Program-made: the position numbers and the translations under genes
Source: Vezdaea acicularis
Taxonomy: Eukaryota
NCBI GenBank assembly: GCA_026025075.1
Contig: JAPEUI010000020.1
Coordinates: forward strand, 124,001 to 188,000
DNA: 64,000 bases
Reading direction: 5' to 3'
The notes under the pieces: generated by a model
Databases searched by the model: none
What the model was told of the DNA's origin: nothing
The model's input: only the letters and a program-made list of their open reading frames with translations
In this document: one piece after another, positions 61,087 through 64,000 of the stretch
How positions within the stretch are numbered: position 1 is the first letter of the stretch
How the letters are laid out: the number at the start of each line of letters is the position of its first letter

Positions 61087-64000
61087 ATGTCCTCCCATCT
61101 CGCGAACAACCAGGCGTGGCATCCACCACCGCATTTGCGCCTGGGCGATCACAGCAATGGCGCCCACCACTATGACATACACAGCTCCGCGAGCTCAAGG
61201 CCTCGGACGCCGGTGTTGATGATGGACGGCTCCCTGGGGGGTGACACGGTGAATTCTCTGGTTGATGGAGACCTGGGGCTGGACGAGGACCCGCGATCCA
61301 AAATTTTGAAAGAATCCCTCGCGCGAAGCGAGGCAAAGATCGCCGCATTGTTTGGGACCGGGAAGCTCGTTGATGAAGAAGATGAAGAGTCCGCGGGGGA
61401 TGGTATAGCATCGTCACGGCAATTGGAGATACAGGAGCGGGATATACCCGATAGTACCCCCCGGAAACCCGCCAGAGACATTGACGAAGATGACTACGAC
61501 GACCTCGACGATGAAGACGAAGCTACGAACGCTGCGGATGTCTCGCCTCTCAAAGGGAAGGGTGCCCCTCTCGTCAATGGCATTGGCGGCTCCAAAGCTG
61601 CTGACCCAAAGCGGCCAGCACTTATATCAAAACCTACGACTGATAGCGGGAGGACAGGTGGATCGCAAGAGCAAGCAAAGAGTATAGAGGAAGTACGCAA
61701 GAGACTGGAGAATGACAAGAAGGTAGCGGAGGATGCTGCGAAGCGGAGCTTTCACACGACCTTTTATACGCTTGAGAATGACCGGGACGCAATGCTGGAA
61801 CAAGAAAAGCTGGATGAGCTAGACCGGCAGGTTGAAGCGGAAGTTTCAGGACACGGTACGAGTGGTGGCCAGGCTGGGAGTACTTCAGGCCGCGGCGAAC
61901 AGCATAGCAAACTCAGCAACGCCAATCTGGGCGCTTCAAGCCTGACCTTGAAGCATCTCATTGCGCGAATAGATGCGAAGCGGGACCAAGTAAGAGCCTC
62001 TGATGCAGAACTTCGAAACTTGATGAGCGAAGTCCGAAAAAACAGGAGCAAGTGGGCGAGTGAGGATAAAGTCGGTCAAGAAGAGCTTTACGAGTCTGCC
62101 GAGAAGGTCTTGAGTGAATTAAAAGCACATACCGAGCACTCGACTGCTTTTTTGACCCGAGTCAACAAAAGAGAGGCTCGGGACTATTATGACAGTAAGT
62201 TTCGGATCGCTAGAGATATTAGGGTTATTTGGGATAGGTATGCTAACAACAGTCTAGTTATCAAGAAGCCTATGGACCTGGGCACTATGACAAAGAAGCT
62301 CAAGCAGCTGGCCTATAACTCCAAAAAAGAGTTTGTAGACGATCTAAATCTAATCTGGTCAAACTGCCTCAAGTACAATGCCGACCCCACCCATTTTCTT
62401 CGCAAACATGCTCTTGCCATGAGAAAAGAAACCGACAAACTGATTCCGCTTATACCCGATATCGTTGTACGAAACCGTGTCGATGTCGAAGCTGAAGAAC
62501 GAAAAATGCAGAATGGCGATGACCTTGATGGTGGAGAGGAAAGTGACGACGAGCCAATAATGTCTTCCCGAGGCCGCATTGCCCCAGGGAAATCAACAAA
62601 GAAAGGCGTTACAAGCTCACGTCCAGCCACGGGAGCTGACTCTGATGGGACGCCTGGTCCGGACGTTAAGCCATTATTGACCGGCTTAGGGCCTTCTGCC
62701 TCAAGTAGTAACCTGAAGAATGATTTCCTAAGAGCGGATTCAGATGCTCCAATGGACGGCGGCAGTATCAATGGCCTCGGGACACCGCCGCTTGGGGGTC
62801 CAGGGACACTAACACCTGCTGGTCCGAATGGCTTCATGAGCGTTGGCGCCCCAGGAAGTCAAGCGGATGCGATGGACATTGATGGGCCTTCGATCAATGG
62901 ACTCGGTGGCTCCGGTATCAATGGCTTAGGCGATGATGCGGCCTTGGAGAATCTAGAATACAAGACTTGGAAACAGGTCACGAAGAAGGACCGCGCACGC
63001 CTTGCTGCTGAACGACATCGTCTATTCAAAGGAGATAAACTGAACGCCGACGAGCCGGCTTTGCTAAGGACGAAAGCGGGGATGAGACGGTGGGAGCGAC
63101 AACAGCGTCAAGCCGCGCTAGAGTTAGTGACTGGAGAAGGAAAGGCAGAAGCTGCTGAAAGCAGGCAAGAGGAGGCTGCCAAGGCAGGCGAAACGCTGGC
63201 TGAGGGCATGGAAGAAGGAGAAGACGAGCGAACGTTGCCTGACTACTACGACCCGCTATCTGCGATACCCGAAATATCTGACAGATTAAAATGGGTTGAA
63301 GATTCTGAGGGTAATGTCGCTCATCAGTCTGAAGAATACCTAAGGATCGTGGAACCTGGCTACTTTGTGGCACCAGAAAGTGGGTTGGCAAAGAAGATTA
63401 ACGACAACATGCGTCAAATGCAAGAAACGAGGAAAGTGTGCTCTAAGATCGGCGTCATAAAGCAGATGCAGATCCAATCACAGGTAAGGATCAGGAATGT
63501 TGAATTTGATCAGCCTGATTACTGACTTTAAACCTTAGATGTACCAAAACCAATTCCAAAAGTACAATCCAGAACCTTTCATCGAGCAAGATATTGAACC
63601 TCACGTCGTATCCGACGATGGCCCCATAATGAGCCAATGGGTCTGTCGAGCTGCCATGCAACGTTCTGTCGGCAAAATCTTCTATCATGCCGGCTTTGAA
63701 GAGTTTCAACCATCCGCGCTTGACGCGGTAACAGACATTGCAACTGACTTCTTCACGAAGCTAGTAAAGACGCTTGGGGTCTACCGGGAAGCGCCAAAGG
63801 TACCTGTTTCAAAGGCTGTAGCTGCAGCGAACGAAGTGGAGGGTTCCTCGAAATGGACAAATAGGTTCACTAACGAAGAGACAATCTTGCACTGTCTGCA
63901 CGAGAATGGGCTTGATGTGCAAAGCCTGGAGAGCTACGTCAATGACGACGTGGATAGGATAGGATCGAAGCTTGGCGCGATGCACGAGAGAATGAAGGCA
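61087..64000 (+). CDS. SPT7: SAGA complex bromodomain subunit Spt7 (3' end outside the window)
   Basis: LSLKHL-like [27 protein letters not shown], bromodomain PMDLGTM...IWSNCLKYN, histone-fold region [15 protein letters not shown]. Introns 62195-62257 and 63484-63538. Confidence 0.93.

Noticed and set aside
1..64000. tRNA, rRNA, snRNA, TPP riboswitch and CRISPR arrays; long antisense ORFs (e.g. 4641-5588, 10884-11966, 58116-58961)
   Set aside because: GTTCGA-like hits (e.g. 46238, 48841) lack cloverleaf arms and no other RNA signatures were seen by eye. The antisense ORFs are shadows of GC-rich, codon-biased genes.

Overview
Eukaryotic, intron-containing DNA from a filamentous ascomycete (Pezizomycotina-like gene structures: short GT-AG introns with CTRAC/CTAAY branch points). 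Most of the window is housekeeping genes: GH17 cell-wall glucanase, GT34 glycosyltransferase, SprT/HMG protein, MOG1, BUD20, aconitase, DNA polymerase epsilon (POL2), importin beta-3, CBS/PB1 protein, RPS26, inositol monophosphatase, PP28/PDAP1, haloacid dehalogenase, metacaspase, mitochondrial IF2, enoyl-CoA hydratase, VanZ-like protein and SPT7 (truncated by the window end). Accessory or unexplained elements: (1) two tandem, diverged paralogous small secreted Cys-containing proteins with the same intron position (523-1568), followed by six CACGTG boxes in about 400 bp; (2) a pogo/Fot1-type transposase with two introns, a single in-frame TAG and no clear terminal inverted repeats, head-to-head with the inositol monophosphatase gene; (3) a three-exon 72-aa micro-protein with two alternative last acceptors; (4) a degenerate, internally duplicated relic at about 46.3-47.3 kb; (5) hairpin-rich BUD20 introns. 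Gene models were spliced by eye. No database searches were run, so family names rest on recognised motifs.
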